Assembly: GCA_965235115.1 (NCBI GenBank)
Contig: OZ249436.1
Location: 3,536,001 to 3,600,000 of the forward strand
Source: Laetmonice hystrix
Taxonomy: Eukaryota
Length of the DNA: 64,000 bases
Reading direction: 5' to 3'
Numbering within the stretch: the first letter of the stretch is position 1; every line of letters begins with the position of its first letter. The position numbers were made by a program, and so were the translations under genes. The notes beneath the pieces were generated by a model, which was not told the origin of the DNA, ran no database searches, and saw nothing but the letters and a program-made list of their open reading frames with translations. Positions 62,593-64,000 of this stretch are shown one piece after another.

Positions 62593-63304
62593 TTCAAGTC
62601 AACTTCCAAGAAACTGCATGTAAGGATGAATAAAAATGGTATAAATGCCTTCTAATATTAGTTTAACCAGGTCGTTGATCTCTCAACTTTTACCTTTAAA
62701 GTCACCAACGGCCCGGCAACGAGAACACGTAATTTGATTAATTGATTGATTGATTGATTAAAGTTTGGACTAGGCCTATCGGGCAGATTCCGAGGATATG
62801 GGATCGACTAGCGTTTCAAGCATACAGAGTATCCAGCAGAGAACTTGGCAGTCGAGCAGACTGTTACAGGACTCAGCCCGCCAGGGGGCCCCTCGCTCCT
62901 AGCGGGAGAACAGTGAAACAGTCTGAGCAGTGGCCTCGTGAAGATCATTGAGTGAAGCGACCTACTGCGGACTGACCGTAAACTAGGCTCAGTCAGGTCC
63001 TGCATGTAGGCCCATACTGACCAGGTGGCGCCAGTGATTTACGGAAATCCGAGGGAGCGCGGGTGTGCATCAGGTTTGCCTATATGCATGGTCCACACTT
63101 GCATGGTCCATTGTTGACTGACCAACACTGCCAGACTGGAAACTCGGACTCGTAACTTCATAATCTCAAAGGGCCGATTTATGAAAACCTGCCGTGAATA
63201 TAGAGAACATTTATATCGCTAGGCATCGTCTAACTTATGCTTTCTACCTTTCTCAGATCACCACCTTGGCTATAAAAAAAACCCCCTGTACTACCGCTAG
63301 GGGG

Positions 63305-63566
63305 CCAGGCCCTGGTTTCAGAAAGGCTCTAAGCAGCAAGATTGAAGCTAAGCAGGGCTACGGTGGCCCACGAGGACACAGAAACTTTTACTTTCTACGT
63401 TGATTTTCATGGATGTTTTCACTAAATCACTGAATTATCACTGAAAATATCGATCAAAATCAATCTAGAAACTTAAAAACATTAAAGTTCTATGTCCTTA
63501 TGGGCTGCTGTAGCTCTGGTTAGCTTAAAATTTGCGGCTTGGAGCCCTTCTGAAACCGGGGCCTGG
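63305..63566. mobile_element. MITE
   Basis: TIRs ccaggccctggtttcagaaaggctc / gagcccttctgaaaccggggcctgg. Confidence 0.7.
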
Positions 63567-64000
63567 GGTGGTGCGGTATGGAGTGAGCCGAGTAAAGCTG
63601 TATCCTCACTGGACGCGTGCGACGCGAGCGACGCGCGCGTTTTTTTTAGAAGTAATGGAAATGAATTGAGCCATCTGCACTGGCCGCGCGCGACGCGCGC
63701 GTCATTTTTTGTGACGCGCGCGTCGCGACACAGATAGGACTGGTTCTATTTTTGTCGCGCTACGCGCGCGACAAAAGACATCTTGACCAATCAGAAGTGA
63801 GATCTACGACCTCGAACTCTGTTCAAGAGCGTCAAGAGACTAATATACACCTATACACGCCTATAGCCTACTCATTTTTAATTAATTTTAACACTGACGG
63901 TGTATCTCAGGGAAACCCCGAGCTATTATGTAGGCCTATACCTCTAGAACTCTCATTCAAGAGCATGAGCTTTAATTCGTAATGCAAACAATTATGAATT

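Noticed and set aside
63595..63790. CGCG-rich segment as a CpG-island promoter
   Set aside because: Looks like the left arm of a truncated Harbinger-like MITE; no gene follows within the window

Overview
Eukaryotic DNA from an animal, most likely an invertebrate (inferred); no prokaryotic features. Three spliced genes were reconstructed by hand with GT-AG boundaries and consistent intron phases. (1) A minus-strand TMC (transmembrane channel-like) gene, 14 coding exons from ATG 10782 down to 287, continuing off the left edge. (2) A plus-strand secreted VWC-domain (brorin/VWC2L-like) gene, 3 coding exons, 21930-38854, 221 aa. (3) A complete plus-strand 4-aminobutyrate aminotransferase (ABAT/GABA-T) gene, 43191-60985, 496 aa. 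Two things stand out. ABAT carries two homologous, intact 149-nt versions of exon 8 that can only be used mutually exclusively and that differ next to the active site. Eleven tandem arrays sit directly on exon-intron junctions of the three genes, each amplifying a real splice donor or acceptor into about 6-36 copies. Introns and intergenic DNA are also dense in ordinary minisatellites and non-autonomous DNA transposons (Tc1/mariner-, Harbinger-, Kolobok- and CACTA-like). Most ORFs in the supplied track are repeat artefacts. Repeat copy numbers were counted by eye and are approximate.
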